Origin: Desulfurococcales archaeon ex4484_217_1
Lineage (GTDB): Archaea; Thermoproteota; Thermoprotei_A; EX4484-217-1
Length of the DNA stretch: 51,961 nucleotides
Direction: 5' to 3'
Assembly (NCBI GenBank): GCA_002254745.1
Contig: NJED01000013.1
Location: 1-51,961, forward strand
Below the pieces are notes generated by a model. That model was not told the DNA's origin. It was given only the letters and a program-made list of their open reading frames with translations, and searched no databases. Made by a program: the position numbers and the translations under genes. Shown here piece by piece: positions 1 through 9,451 of this stretch; within the stretch, counting starts at the first letter, position 1; the number at the start of each line of letters is the position of its first letter.

Positions 1-528
1 AAAGCAGTTACTATACTACTACGTGGAGCAAACGACATGGAGCTTGATGAAGCAGAAAGAAGCATTCATGACGCACTAAGCGTATTAAGAAACGTACTTA
101 AAGAACCTAAGATTGTTGGTGGTGGAGGAGCACCAGAAGTAGAGTTAGCTATGAGACTTAGAGAGCATGCAAGAGCCAGAGGAGGTAAGGAAGCATTAGC
201 TATAGAAGCATATGCTGACGCGCTAGAGGAAATAGCTTTAATTCTTGTAGAATCAGCAGGGTTAGATCCATTAGATGCTAGAGCACAGTTAAGAGCATAT
301 CACGAGAAAGGATTTATAAATGCTGGAGTAGATGTAGTCCAAGGCAAGGTCTTAGAAGATATGGTTAAGGTAAACATAATAGATCCTACCTTGGTAAAGA
401 AGCAAGTACTTAAGAGTGCAACTGAAGCAGCAACAGCAATATTGAAAATAGATGATATTATAGCAGCTGCTCCACCGAAGAAGAAGGAGAAAGAGAGGGA
501 GAGAGAAGGGGAGAAATTTAAGTTCTAA
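1..528 (+). CDS. ths: Thermosome (group II chaperonin) subunit, 5'-truncated by the window edge
   Basis: [30 protein letters not shown] and [14 protein letters not shown] motifs; the frame is open from position 1. Confidence 0.96.
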   Translation, partial: KAVTILLRGANDMELDEAERSIHDALSVLRNVLKEPKIVGGGGAPEVELAMRLREHARARGGKEALAIEAYADALEEIALILVESAGLDPLDARAQLRAYHEKGFINAGVDVVQGKVLEDMVKVNIIDPTLVKKQVLKSATEAATAILKIDDIIAAAPPKKKEKEREREGEKFKF

Positions 529-545
529 AGTTTGAAATAATTTTT

Positions 546-833
546 TCGGCTAAGGAACAGTACGTTAATAAGATAAAAATTGGACCACCTAGGCTTACAA
601 AATATGAAAGAGCTAGAATTATTGGCGCTAGAGCATTGCAGTTAACTATGGGTGCTCCTCCGCTTATACCTCCTGAAATGATTGATTCATCGGATCCTCT
701 TGAAATAGCTGAAAAGGAATTGAAAATGAAAATACTTCCAATAACTATTAGGAGGAGGCTTCCAACAGGAGAGTACCAAGATATCCCTCTTAAATGGCTT
801 TTAGAAGCAGAAGAAAGTATGTTTGGCAGTTAA
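546..833 (+). CDS. rpoK: RNA polymerase subunit Rpo6/K; true start codon not visible
   Basis: The frame upstream of the 636 ORF reads KIKIGPPRLTKYERARIIGARALQL, then LPITIRRRLP, the RPB6 signature. Confidence 0.93.
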   Translation, partial: SAKEQYVNKIKIGPPRLTKYERARIIGARALQLTMGAPPLIPPEMIDSSDPLEIAEKELKMKILPITIRRRLPTGEYQDIPLKWLLEAEESMFGS

Positions 834-889
834 TTTAAAATCCTATGTCTCGATTATAAGGTTAAAGCGTATACTTCAAGTAAAGCACG

Positions 890-2944
890 TTGTTACGGTA
901 CATGTTCATGCTACCCAGGAAATATGTGCTTGTAATAGCGGAAAAACCTAAGGCAGCATTAAAAATAGCTCAAGCTCTATCTAAAGTAAAACCTGTGAAA
1001 CATAGAATGTACGGTGTACCATACTGGGTAGTTTATCATAGCGAAATACCCTACGTTATTGCTTCAGCCGCGGGGCATCTTTTCGCATTAACAACAAGCG
1101 AACATGGTTTTCCCGTTTTTAAGTACTATTGGGTACCGGTATGGGCTGTTGATAAAGAAGCAAAATATACTAGACCATACTATTTAGTACTTAAGAACTT
1201 ATGTAAGTACGCTATAGCCTTTGTAAACGCATGCGATTACGATATTGAGGGCTCAGTTATAGGTTATCTCATAATAAAGGAATTCGGCGACCTGGGCAGA
1301 GCTTATAGGGCAAAATTCTCAGCACTAACTTCTCAGGACCTACGTCAAGCCTTTAGACGTCTAAGCAAAGGCCTCGATATGTCCATGGTAGAAGCAGGGC
1401 TATGTAGGCACGAGCTTGATTGGATATGGGGTATAAACGTTAGCAGAGCATTAATGTTTGCTGTAAAAATCGCTACAGGTAAAAGAATAATTCTAAGTGC
1501 TGGCCGTGTCCAATCACCAACATTAGTAGAAGTTGTTAGCACTGAAAAGCAAAGAAACCTCTTCATACCAACACCTATCTTCAACATTAACGTTAACGTA
1601 GCCATAGGCGGGAGAACGTACACTCTTGAGTACTTAGGCAAACCATTTACAAGAAAAAAAGAAGCAGAAGAGGTATTAAAAGAAATTAAAAAGGAGAAAT
1701 GGGCAATCGTAGAGAATGTAAGATATGAAGTAGAGAAAATAAAGCCCCCACCACCCTTCAACTTAGGTGATTTACAAGCTGAAGCATCTAAAATATACGG
1801 CTTTTCTCCTTTAAAAACCCAAGAGCTGGCTGAACAACTGTACTTAGATGCGTTAATAAGCTATCCTAGGACAAATAGTCAAAAACTACCGTTAACAATA
1901 GGTTACGAGACAATAATGTTAAAGCTTAAGGAGAACCCAGAATACAGAAACTATGTTGAAAACTTATTGAAAGAGTCAAGAGGCGTACTGAAGCCTCATG
2001 AAGGGGTAAAGACGGATCCAGCACATCCAGCAATATATCCTACGGGGCTAAGGCCAAGAAAACTAAGTGTAGATCAGCAAAAAATCTATGATTTAATTGT
2101 TAAAAGGTTTTTAGCTACGTTCTCCGCTGATGTGATATTACACTCCATAACGGTGCATCTTAGAATTACAAGGTTTAAATTCAAATTAAAGCTTAGAAGA
2201 CTATATTTAAAGGGCTGGCTAAAATACTACCCCTTCCTAAACATAAACTATGTTGAAAACCTACCTTTTATAGGTAAAGGTCAAAAATTACCCATAGTTA
2301 GAGCTAGAGTATTAACAACATATTCTAGATACGGTAAGTCTTATGATAAAACATCGCTGCTTAAATGGATGGAAAGTGTTAACATAGGAACAGAGAGTAC
2401 TAGGGCTAGAATAATTGAAAACCTGTTTTCCAGAGGATATTTGAAAATTGTAGGAGGGAAAATAGAAGTTACACCGCTAGGCTACGCGGTCTCTGAAATT
2501 CTGGAAAAATATTTCAAGGACTTAACTAGCGTCGAGCTTACACGAAAATTTGAAAAAATGCTTAACGATATTAGAGAAGGCCGCATGAAGAGAGAGAATG
2601 TAGTTCTTGAATCTAAAAACATTCTCTCAAAAATTCTTTTAGAGTTTAAAGCTAAAGCTGCTGAAAAAGCAGGCATAGAATTAGGTAAAAGTCTAAAATA
2701 CATCCCCGTAGAAAACAAGTGTATTATATGCGAAGGCGAAGTTGTAAACATGAAGCTATGTAAAAATCATTTAGAGGCTTTGGAAAATCTTTTTAAACAA
2801 TACAAAGTATGGGTTTATGCTTACGGCTCTATTCCATGGAGAGAATACTTGAAAAAAGTGTTCTCGCTAAATGTCTCTGGAAAATGGGTTAGAGAAGTAG
2901 CCAAGGGAATCCTAGATAAAGTAATAGAAGCTAACCCCCAATAA
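890..2944 (+). CDS. topA: DNA topoisomerase IA (archaeal TopA/Topo III) with C-terminal Zn motif
   Basis: IAEKP and DYDIEG TOPRIM motifs, SAGRVQSP, catalytic ISYPRT, GTESTR; C-terminal CIIC..CKNH. Confidence 0.96.
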   Translation: MLRYMFMLPRKYVLVIAEKPKAALKIAQALSKVKPVKHRMYGVPYWVVYHSEIPYVIASAAGHLFALTTSEHGFPVFKYYWVPVWAVDKEAKYTRPYYLVLKNLCKYAIAFVNACDYDIEGSVIGYLIIKEFGDLGRAYRAKFSALTSQDLRQAFRRLSKGLDMSMVEAGLCRHELDWIWGINVSRALMFAVKIATGKRIILSAGRVQSPTLVEVVSTEKQRNLFIPTPIFNINVNVAIGGRTYTLEYLGKPFTRKKEAEEVLKEIKKEKWAIVENVRYEVEKIKPPPPFNLGDLQAEASKIYGFSPLKTQELAEQLYLDALISYPRTNSQKLPLTIGYETIMLKLKENPEYRNYVENLLKESRGVLKPHEGVKTDPAHPAIYPTGLRPRKLSVDQQKIYDLIVKRFLATFSADVILHSITVHLRITRFKFKLKLRRLYLKGWLKYYPFLNINYVENLPFIGKGQKLPIVRARVLTTYSRYGKSYDKTSLLKWMESVNIGTESTRARIIENLFSRGYLKIVGGKIEVTPLGYAVSEILEKYFKDLTSVELTRKFEKMLNDIREGRMKRENVVLESKNILSKILLEFKAKAAEKAGIELGKSLKYIPVENKCIICEGEVVNMKLCKNHLEALENLFKQYKVWVYAYGSIPWREYLKKVFSLNVSGKWVREVAKGILDKVIEANPQ

Positions 2945-3422
2945 TATTGTGGAAGAGTATTGAGAAGTACCCTACGTAGGGTATTCTGAAAGGCTCACCA
3001 TTTATGCATAGTACTTTTCCTAGAATAGCATCTTCAGGAACATACCATTGATCAGGTAGGGGATTTGCGTCACCTTTGGTCCTAAAATATTTCACACCAT
3101 TTTTTATGATAACATTTACTACTCTATGAACTATAGGAGTCCTTAATTTTCTAACATACCCTTTTTTAAGCGAGTAAACTACTTTATCGAAAACTATGAT
3201 ATCTCCGGGTTTAATATCTTCAGGTTTAACTCCCACAATTACTACAACATCACCTATGTTTAACGTAGGTACCATACTTGAGCTTTCTACAGCAGCCAAA
3301 GGTATTGATGTGTTTAATAACATACGTAGAATAATAGGGGATAATAGCATTAATGCTAAGACCAGGATGAATATAGCATTTTCCCTTACGTACCTGAACT
3401 TGCTCATAGTTAATCTCAGCAT
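2931..3422 (-). CDS. Signal peptidase I (S26B/Sec11 type)
   Basis: N-terminal TM helix, SSSMVPTL..GD, IVHRV, TKGDAN. Confidence 0.93.
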   Translation of the reverse strand: MLRLTMSKFRYVRENAIFILVLALMLLSPIILRMLLNTSIPLAAVESSSMVPTLNIGDVVVIVGVKPEDIKPGDIIVFDKVVYSLKKGYVRKLRTPIVHRVVNVIIKNGVKYFRTKGDANPLPDQWYVPEDAILGKVLCINGEPFRIPYVGYFSILFHNIIGG

Positions 3423-3522
3423 CTATAGTATAGAGGCATACTTTAATATTTTTGGCATATATACTCTAGTTAGATCCTAATAACCAATATATAGCAGCTA
3501 CATTTAGCTGTCATACCGTAGT

Positions 3523-4191
3523 GTGCTAAAGATGAATGAAAAATATAGAATCTCTCTAATATCAGTAATTAGCGCAACCTTAGCTTCCTCTTTAACTGCT
3601 ATAGGTAGTGAAGGCGTGGTATACTTAGGTTTAATATATGTTCCATTAAGGGAGCACTATGTAGCCGCTATACCCTACTTCTTCATACTTTTAAGCCTAT
3701 GGATAGTGTACGTTAACGCTTTAAAGGGGAAATTGAAGCCTATAATTTTAGCTACTATTACATGTTTAATTGGTTTTTACTTCTGCTTAATTACCACCAT
3801 AAGTACTATGAGCCAGAAAGTCTTTGAAAATTATGTGAGTTTCGGTATTAACTCCCTACTCGTTATTACGGGTAGTAGCTATTTAATGTATAAGTATAAT
3901 GTTTCTAAGAAAATGTTTTCCTATTTTTCCAGCAGAGATACTATAGATAAAATTAGTGTTTCTGCAGCTTTTCTTGTTCTTGGAGTATCTAGAATCCTTG
4001 TAAGAAGCGTTTATTTGCCCGTATCTTTATCTTTTCTCTTTCTTTCATGGATAGTAACTTTCATTATTTTAAGAAGCTCCCCCCTCATGGAAACTAACAT
4101 GATGTTAAATTTTGAGTTATTTATGTGCAGTACTGCAGTGTTTGCATGGATCAACATGGTTTATTTAATTTTGCTTAGAGCAATACTATAA
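3523..4191 (+). CDS. Multi-pass membrane protein of unknown function
   Basis: 222-aa ORF with about 7 hydrophobic segments. Confidence 0.7.
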   Translation: MLKMNEKYRISLISVISATLASSLTAIGSEGVVYLGLIYVPLREHYVAAIPYFFILLSLWIVYVNALKGKLKPIILATITCLIGFYFCLITTISTMSQKVFENYVSFGINSLLVITGSSYLMYKYNVSKKMFSYFSSRDTIDKISVSAAFLVLGVSRILVRSVYLPVSLSFLFLSWIVTFIILRSSPLMETNMMLNFELFMCSTAVFAWINMVYLILLRAIL

Positions 4192-4500
4192 TTCTTCCTC
4201 AATATCTATCTCAAAAACTTCTCCCTCAACCTCTGCCTTACTCTCTTCTTCAGCTTTCAGTACACTCTTACCTTTTGCACCTTCTACTTCTACTTCACCA
4301 CTTCCTCCGACTTTGATTTTACTTACAACAGCTCTCCACTTATGTCCGTTAGGACATTCATACATGCCCATAATAGTTATTGTTATCCTGCCTCGCGCAT
4401 CAGGTATGGGCGCTACTAACTGCCATGTTTTATATGGTTTTTCTACTTCAACACCACAGTAGGGACATATGTTGGGTTTTCTCCTAGACCTTCTAGGCAT
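4186..4500 (-). CDS. Cren7-like Zn-ribbon protein with basic N-terminus and acidic C-terminal tail
   Basis: CPYCG.EVEKP.KTW.L.AP...G..ECPNGH.WRA aligns by eye with the Cren7 at 11593-11733. Confidence 0.75.
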   Translation of the reverse strand: MPRRSRRKPNICPYCGVEVEKPYKTWQLVAPIPDARGRITITIMGMYECPNGHKWRAVVSKIKVGGSGEVEVEGAKGKSVLKAEEESKAEVEGEVFEIDIEEEL

Positions 4501-4549
4501 GTATTAATCCCCTATTGACCTAGTATTAGCATGGGTTAATAATTTTGAC

Positions 4550-5359
4550 CTATGGACTTAGCCTTACAATCTCTACTTTAAAGTCTTTAAGTTCTTTTAA
4601 TATTTCCTGGGCTACATCTGAGAATACGTGTTCTACTTTTTCAGGACTAGTTGTATAGACTGTTACTTCGAGCTCAACATATCCTGGAGCTAGTTTTCTT
4701 ACGCGAATATCTGGAGCTACTTTAACAACGCCCTTATATGATGTTATTGCTCTACGTATCTTATCTCCAACATCATCTAGGTCGTATGGTGCTTCAATTC
4801 TGACCTTTATTTTAACAGTATATAGTTCCGAATATATTTTAAGAGCCCTTCTTAAAACAAGGTAATTAGGTATTTTAACTATGCTCCCATCCTTAGTTTT
4901 TATTTCAGTGTAAAGAGCTCCTATGTTTTTAACCTTGCCCGTAACATTGCCTATGGAGACCATATCACCGATAACAAGAATTTTACCTAACAATATAGCA
5001 TAATATGATATTACGTTCGTAAAAATGTTTCTAGCAGAAAGAGCAATTATTAGGACAATCCCTATTGTTCCAAGGAGTAGGAATATGTTTGCAGTAAATA
5101 ATGATATTATTATCAGCAATATTAGGGTATAAACGATTACAGTTAGCACGTTATGTATTTTAACATAGGCTGATTGTGAAATCATGTTCCGCTGAACCAT
5201 ACGTCTAAGCATATTATTGACTGTTTTAAGTATAGCAACGCCAACAACAAACGCTAACGCAGCATATATTATTTGGACCATTAAAGGGTGAGATAGAATT
5301 TGCTGAAGCTGGCTAATGTAGTAGTCTATTATTGAGGTAAGTGTTTCGGCTTCTTGCAA
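4550..5359 (-). CDS. MscS-family mechanosensitive channel
   Basis: Three TM helices, then IGDMVSIGNVTGKVKNIG..YTEIKTKDGSIVKIPN. Confidence 0.9.
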   Translation of the reverse strand: MQEAETLTSIIDYYISQLQQILSHPLMVQIIYAALAFVVGVAILKTVNNMLRRMVQRNMISQSAYVKIHNVLTVIVYTLILLIIISLFTANIFLLLGTIGIVLIIALSARNIFTNVISYYAILLGKILVIGDMVSIGNVTGKVKNIGALYTEIKTKDGSIVKIPNYLVLRRALKIYSELYTVKIKVRIEAPYDLDDVGDKIRRAITSYKGVVKVAPDIRVRKLAPGYVELEVTVYTTSPEKVEHVFSDVAQEILKELKDFKVEIVRLSP

Positions 5360-5364
5360 CTACT

Positions 5365-6027
5365 TCACCTAAACGCTCTTATGAATTCTTCAACTATGTC
5401 GTTTCTAACTAACGCTATCACTTCGTATCCTGGTCTTAATTCTCTAACTTCCTCAGGGTCTAAGAACCTTTCTCCGTCAAATACTGCTATAACCTTTGAT
5501 GCTAAAGGTAGCCTAAGATCATCAAGAGTTTTACCTATGCTAGTATCGTTCTCAGCAAGAGTTATTGAAACTAAACCGTAAGTTCCTGAAAATATGGGTG
5601 AAATGTTTATTAGCGAATACTTTCCCTCAATAAAGCTCTGTATTAAACCGGCTATAACGTAGGGTACACATATAGCTCTCTCAATGCCCACTCTTTCAAG
5701 CAGTCTTGCAACTTTCTCATCTTTAACCCTGACAATTATTCTTGGAACACCATGTTCTCTAGCTATTAGTGCTACAAACAAGTTAACTTCATCCTTATCT
5801 GTTGTTGCAACCATGACATCGAGTTTTCTTAAATCAACTTCCTCATATAGGGAAAGATCTGTAGCATCCTTATTTATTGCATAAACGTCAGCTTCCTCAG
5901 CAACTAGCTTACACTTCTCTTTATCCTTATCTACAACTATTACCTCATTGCCTTTACCTGAAAGCATTCTGGCTAAATGTCTACCAGTATCCCCTGCACC
6001 TATTATTAATATTCTCATTATCCCCAC
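5365..6027 (-). CDS. trkA: TrkA-family K+ transport regulatory subunit (RCK_N + RCK_C)
   Basis: IIGAGDTG Rossmann motif, DAT, TDKDEVN. Confidence 0.9.
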   Translation of the reverse strand: MGIMRILIIGAGDTGRHLARMLSGKGNEVIVVDKDKEKCKLVAEEADVYAINKDATDLSLYEEVDLRKLDVMVATTDKDEVNLFVALIAREHGVPRIIVRVKDEKVARLLERVGIERAICVPYVIAGLIQSFIEGKYSLINISPIFSGTYGLVSITLAENDTSIGKTLDDLRLPLASKVIAVFDGERFLDPEEVRELRPGYEVIALVRNDIVEEFIRAFR

Positions 6028-6123
6028 ATCGCCTTTTGCTATACAACTTAAACTCCTAACCTAATTTAAAATAAAACGTTACCACTTTAACTTTTTCTAA
6101 CAACGCAGTGTTTTATAGTTTTA

Positions 6124-6423
6124 TTAAACCATGATGTAATATAGGAGAGCTAAAAAGTAGGCTATGGATGAGAAAATACCTACTTTAACTAGGTCTAATC
6201 GAGTAACGTATGTGGAAAATATTTGAAAGACCATAATAGAGAAGATAATTACGAGAAGATACGGTTTTATTTTGAGCAGAGATAGAAATAACGGAATATT
6301 ATAAGTTATTATGAGAAGTAGAGATGTAAGTCTCGGCTCTTTTGTCTCTTTACATAGCAGGAACATGAAGTATGATGTTAGTGAATTTAGTATTAGAATT
6401 AAGGCTGCTATGCTTCTATACAT
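6124..6423 (-). CDS. Small membrane protein, hypothetical
   Basis: 99-aa hydrophobic ORF that fills the gap between genes. Confidence 0.55.
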   Translation of the reverse strand: MYRSIAALILILNSLTSYFMFLLCKETKEPRLTSLLLIITYNIPLFLSLLKIKPYLLVIIFSIMVFQIFSTYVTRLDLVKVGIFSSIAYFLALLYYIMV

Positions 6424-6488
6424 TTGCTTTAACCCTTACTACTTTCTTCGTATAGTAACGTATTTTAGAGTAATTCCCTAAAGTTACT

Positions 6489-7736
6489 TTGGCTGAAAAC
6501 ATGCGTGATTTAGTTGACTTCGTACTTGAAGAATCTTATAAAATATGCCACGTTAAGGGCAGGCAGATTATAGATTCTAGAGGAAGGCCTACGGTAGAAG
6601 CTGAAGTAGCTACTGTAGGTGGTGGCGTAGGTATATCCCAAGTTCCAGCTGGTGCTTCTAAGGGAGCTTATGAAGCATGGGAGCTAAGAGATAATGATCC
6701 ACGTAAGTTTAAGGGTTATAGTGTTCTTAAAGCCGTTGAAAACATTAACAATGTTATTGCTAAGGAAATTGTAGACCTTGACTCTAGGAGGCAAAGATTC
6801 ATAGATAGAAAAATGATAGAGCTTGATGGAACACCAAATAAGTCTAAGCTCGGAGCCAATGCCATACTTGCCGTGTCGATGTCCGTACTCAAAGCGGCAG
6901 CTGACACCTACGGTATCCCTCTTTTCAGATATATCGGCGGCTATAATGCTAGAGTCTTACCGGTAGATAGTTTTAGAGAAGCTATTAGAGTAGCTTGCGA
7001 AGTCTACTATGAGCTCGAAAATATACTCAAGGAAAAATACGGCTTAATAGCGGTAAACGTTGGTGATGAAGGAGGGTTCGCCCCCCCAATGAAGACTAGT
7101 AGAGAAGCCCTAGACGCTCTAGTTAAAGCTATTAGAAAGGCAGGGTATGTTGAAGGCAGCGATGTTGCTTTAGCCTTAGATGCTGCAGCTACAAGCTTCT
7201 ACAGTAAAGGCAAATACTTTGTCGATGGGAAACATTTAGACCCTTCACAGCTTTTAGAGTACTACATTGACCTCGTAAACGAATACCCTATTGTTAGTAT
7301 TGAAGACCCGTTTTACGAAGAAGATTTTGAAACGTTTTCCCAATTAACGTCCGAAATAGGGAATAAAGTTTTGGTGGTAGGTGATGACTTGTTTGTAACG
7401 AACATTAGCAGACTTAAGAAAGGCATAGAAGCAAGAGCAGCTAATGCCATTCTAATTAAGATGAACCAGATAGGTACAGTAAGTGAGACATTAGATGTAG
7501 TAAACTACGCTACTAAGCATGGCTATAGGCCAATAATTAGCCATAGAAGCGGCGAGACAGAAGACTATATGATAGCTGATTTAGCTGTAGGGTTAAATGT
7601 TGGCGCTATAAAAACAGGGGCACCAGCGAGAGGGGAAAGAACTGTAAAGTATAATAGACTATTAAGGATAAGTGAAATCCTAGCTGAAGAAGCAGAATAT
7701 GCTGGGTTTGAAGTGTTTCCTGTAAAACCCAAATAA
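6489..7736 (+). CDS. eno: Enolase with an apparent in-frame internal deletion near 6965
   Basis: DSRGRPTVE, GDEGGFAP, SIEDPF, VGDDL and SHRSGETED present; the MNxINGGxHA..QEFM segment is absent. Confidence 0.95.
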   Translation: MAENMRDLVDFVLEESYKICHVKGRQIIDSRGRPTVEAEVATVGGGVGISQVPAGASKGAYEAWELRDNDPRKFKGYSVLKAVENINNVIAKEIVDLDSRRQRFIDRKMIELDGTPNKSKLGANAILAVSMSVLKAAADTYGIPLFRYIGGYNARVLPVDSFREAIRVACEVYYELENILKEKYGLIAVNVGDEGGFAPPMKTSREALDALVKAIRKAGYVEGSDVALALDAAATSFYSKGKYFVDGKHLDPSQLLEYYIDLVNEYPIVSIEDPFYEEDFETFSQLTSEIGNKVLVVGDDLFVTNISRLKKGIEARAANAILIKMNQIGTVSETLDVVNYATKHGYRPIISHRSGETEDYMIADLAVGLNVGAIKTGAPARGERTVKYNRLLRISEILAEEAEYAGFEVFPVKPK

Positions 7737-7769
7737 GCTTTTAAATTTTAAACATAAAAATACGTTTGA

Positions 7770-7826
7770 GGCTATGATGAAGGTTAAAAGCGAGGAATAA
7801 ATGACTGAAACCAGGCTTCTGAGCTT
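7770..7826 (+). ncRNA. Box C/D guide sRNA, probably targeting tRNA-Lys(UUU)
   Basis: C box ATGATGA 7774-7780, D' AGGA 7793-7796, C' ATGACTGA, D CTGA 7819-7822, short terminal stem, TATA TTTTAAA about 25 nt upstream. Confidence 0.8.
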
Positions 7827-7890
7827 AAGAAAGTATAATAGACTATTGAAATTTTTGTTGTTAATAAAAAAACAAAATCCTAGTTTCTCT

Positions 7891-8559
7891 TTACTTTGGC
7901 GGTGCTGGTAAACTTGTACCTTCGGCTTTTGCAGCTTCTGCTACAGGTAATTCGGGGAATCTTTCTTTCATTCTTTGCTCTGCAATTATGGAAGCTTCTT
8001 CAAGTATCTTCTTTGCTTCACCACTTACAATTGTAGTGTCAATGGATGTACCTGTGAATTCGCCTGCCTCTAATACTATTGAGTGTAGCATGCTATCTAC
8101 TTCATCTAGCTCAAAAGCTATTTCTGGGACTATTCCCTTTAAGTGATGCTTAATGTCTCTAATAACTTCAACTATGGGTGCCATTGTTACTAATACGTCA
8201 CCTAACTCCCTTACGGTTTCCAGCCTTAAAGATACTTGTTCAAGAGCTAACTGCGCTCTTAGAACAGTCCTGGCTATTTTCCTTACTTCAGCTACTTCAT
8301 TAGCGTATATTGCTGCTCTAGCAGAGTCCTTCATTATATGTGCTGAAACCACTTTCTCAAATAACATTTTATCTCTTTCTTGAAGCTTATTAAGCAAATG
8401 CTCCAGTCTTGTAACCTGTGTTTTAACCTTGTATAATGCCATAGCTAACTTATACCTCATCGGTGGTGGCGGATGTATCATCTTAGCTATCTTCTCCTTA
8501 ACCGATGTTCTTGGCTTATCTTCCCACTCCTTTACAAACCTTTCAAGCCTAGATGGCAT
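7891..8559 (-). CDS. ESCRT-III/Snf7 paralog (CdvB1/B2-like, no winged-helix domain)
   Basis: RAAIYANEVAEVRK..LEQVSLRLET..LGD, EAKKILEEA, FPELP; GGTGA SD before the ATG at 8559. Confidence 0.92.
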   Translation of the reverse strand: MPSRLERFVKEWEDKPRTSVKEKIAKMIHPPPPMRYKLAMALYKVKTQVTRLEHLLNKLQERDKMLFEKVVSAHIMKDSARAAIYANEVAEVRKIARTVLRAQLALEQVSLRLETVRELGDVLVTMAPIVEVIRDIKHHLKGIVPEIAFELDEVDSMLHSIVLEAGEFTGTSIDTTIVSGEAKKILEEASIIAEQRMKERFPELPVAEAAKAEGTSLPAPPK

Positions 8560-8650
8560 TCCCTTAATCACCATAATTTCATGTTGGATAATCAAAAATA
8601 TTTAAAACTTAGGGGTTTACACATCCCCAAAACCATATCCCCTAACTCTT

Positions 8651-8680
8651 AAATACAATCTTAAGATAGGAATTGTATTT
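8651..8680. promoter_or_regulatory. Candidate operator palindrome between the divergent ESCRT-III and cdvA promoters
   Basis: AAATACAAT-N12-ATTGTATTT with internal palindrome ATCTTAAGAT. Confidence 0.4.
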
Positions 8681-8711
8681 TCGAAGAAAAAGAAGTAGGT
8701 GAGGAAGGACG

Positions 8712-9404
8712 ATGTTAACAGTTGAAACATTCGAAAAATATGTAGGTCAATCAGTAAAAGACCCTTATGGAAGATATGTTGGCGTAATTGCAGGGTTTTA
8801 CAGTGAAATTGATAGTACAGTAAGCTATGTAAACATAGAGTTCGCTGACGGTACATTTGCGAAACTACCAGTAAACAGGTTCGAGTTTAAGCCTGAAGAA
8901 GTAGTGCTAGTACCTGAGTGGAAAGCTGAAGCACTCAGCGTTAAGAAGAAACTGGAAGTAGCTAGGAAGAGAATTAAGGCATTAGACGACCTATACGCTA
9001 AAGGAGAAATAGCTAAACATGCATACGATACGTTTAAGAAGAAGCTTGAAGCAGACCTAGGTAAGCTGAAAATAGAGTCTAGGGAAGTAAGAAAGATACT
9101 TCAAAACAGGTTAAGACAGTTAGAAAAACAAGTTGAAGAATTAGAAAAGGCTTACGCATCGCTGAAAATGGTGTTCTTTGCTGGGGAAATTAGTGAGCCT
9201 ACATTCAAGAGGGCAACAGACATCATTAAGAGGAGCATTGAGAAATGTGATTCAGAAAAGAAAGATATTAAATCATCAATAAGTGAACTTGAAAAAATAG
9301 AAACTACACCAATATCTCTTCCAACAATAGCTAAACCGGCTAAAGAGGAAATACCTAAAGCCGAAGAACCGCTCGTAGTCCATGTAGTTGAAGGAGAACA
9401 CTAA
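8712..9404 (+). CDS. cdvA: Cell division protein CdvA
   Basis: PRC-barrel N-terminus (GQSVKDPYGRYVG), coiled coil, C-terminal PLVVHVV E3B-like peptide; lies upstream of cdvB and cdvC. Confidence 0.93.
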   Translation: MLTVETFEKYVGQSVKDPYGRYVGVIAGFYSEIDSTVSYVNIEFADGTFAKLPVNRFEFKPEEVVLVPEWKAEALSVKKKLEVARKRIKALDDLYAKGEIAKHAYDTFKKKLEADLGKLKIESREVRKILQNRLRQLEKQVEELEKAYASLKMVFFAGEISEPTFKRATDIIKRSIEKCDSEKKDIKSSISELEKIETTPISLPTIAKPAKEEIPKAEEPLVVHVVEGEH

Positions 9405-9451
9405 AAAATATTTTTCCTATAAACCATACCAAATATTTTGAGGGATAGTTA

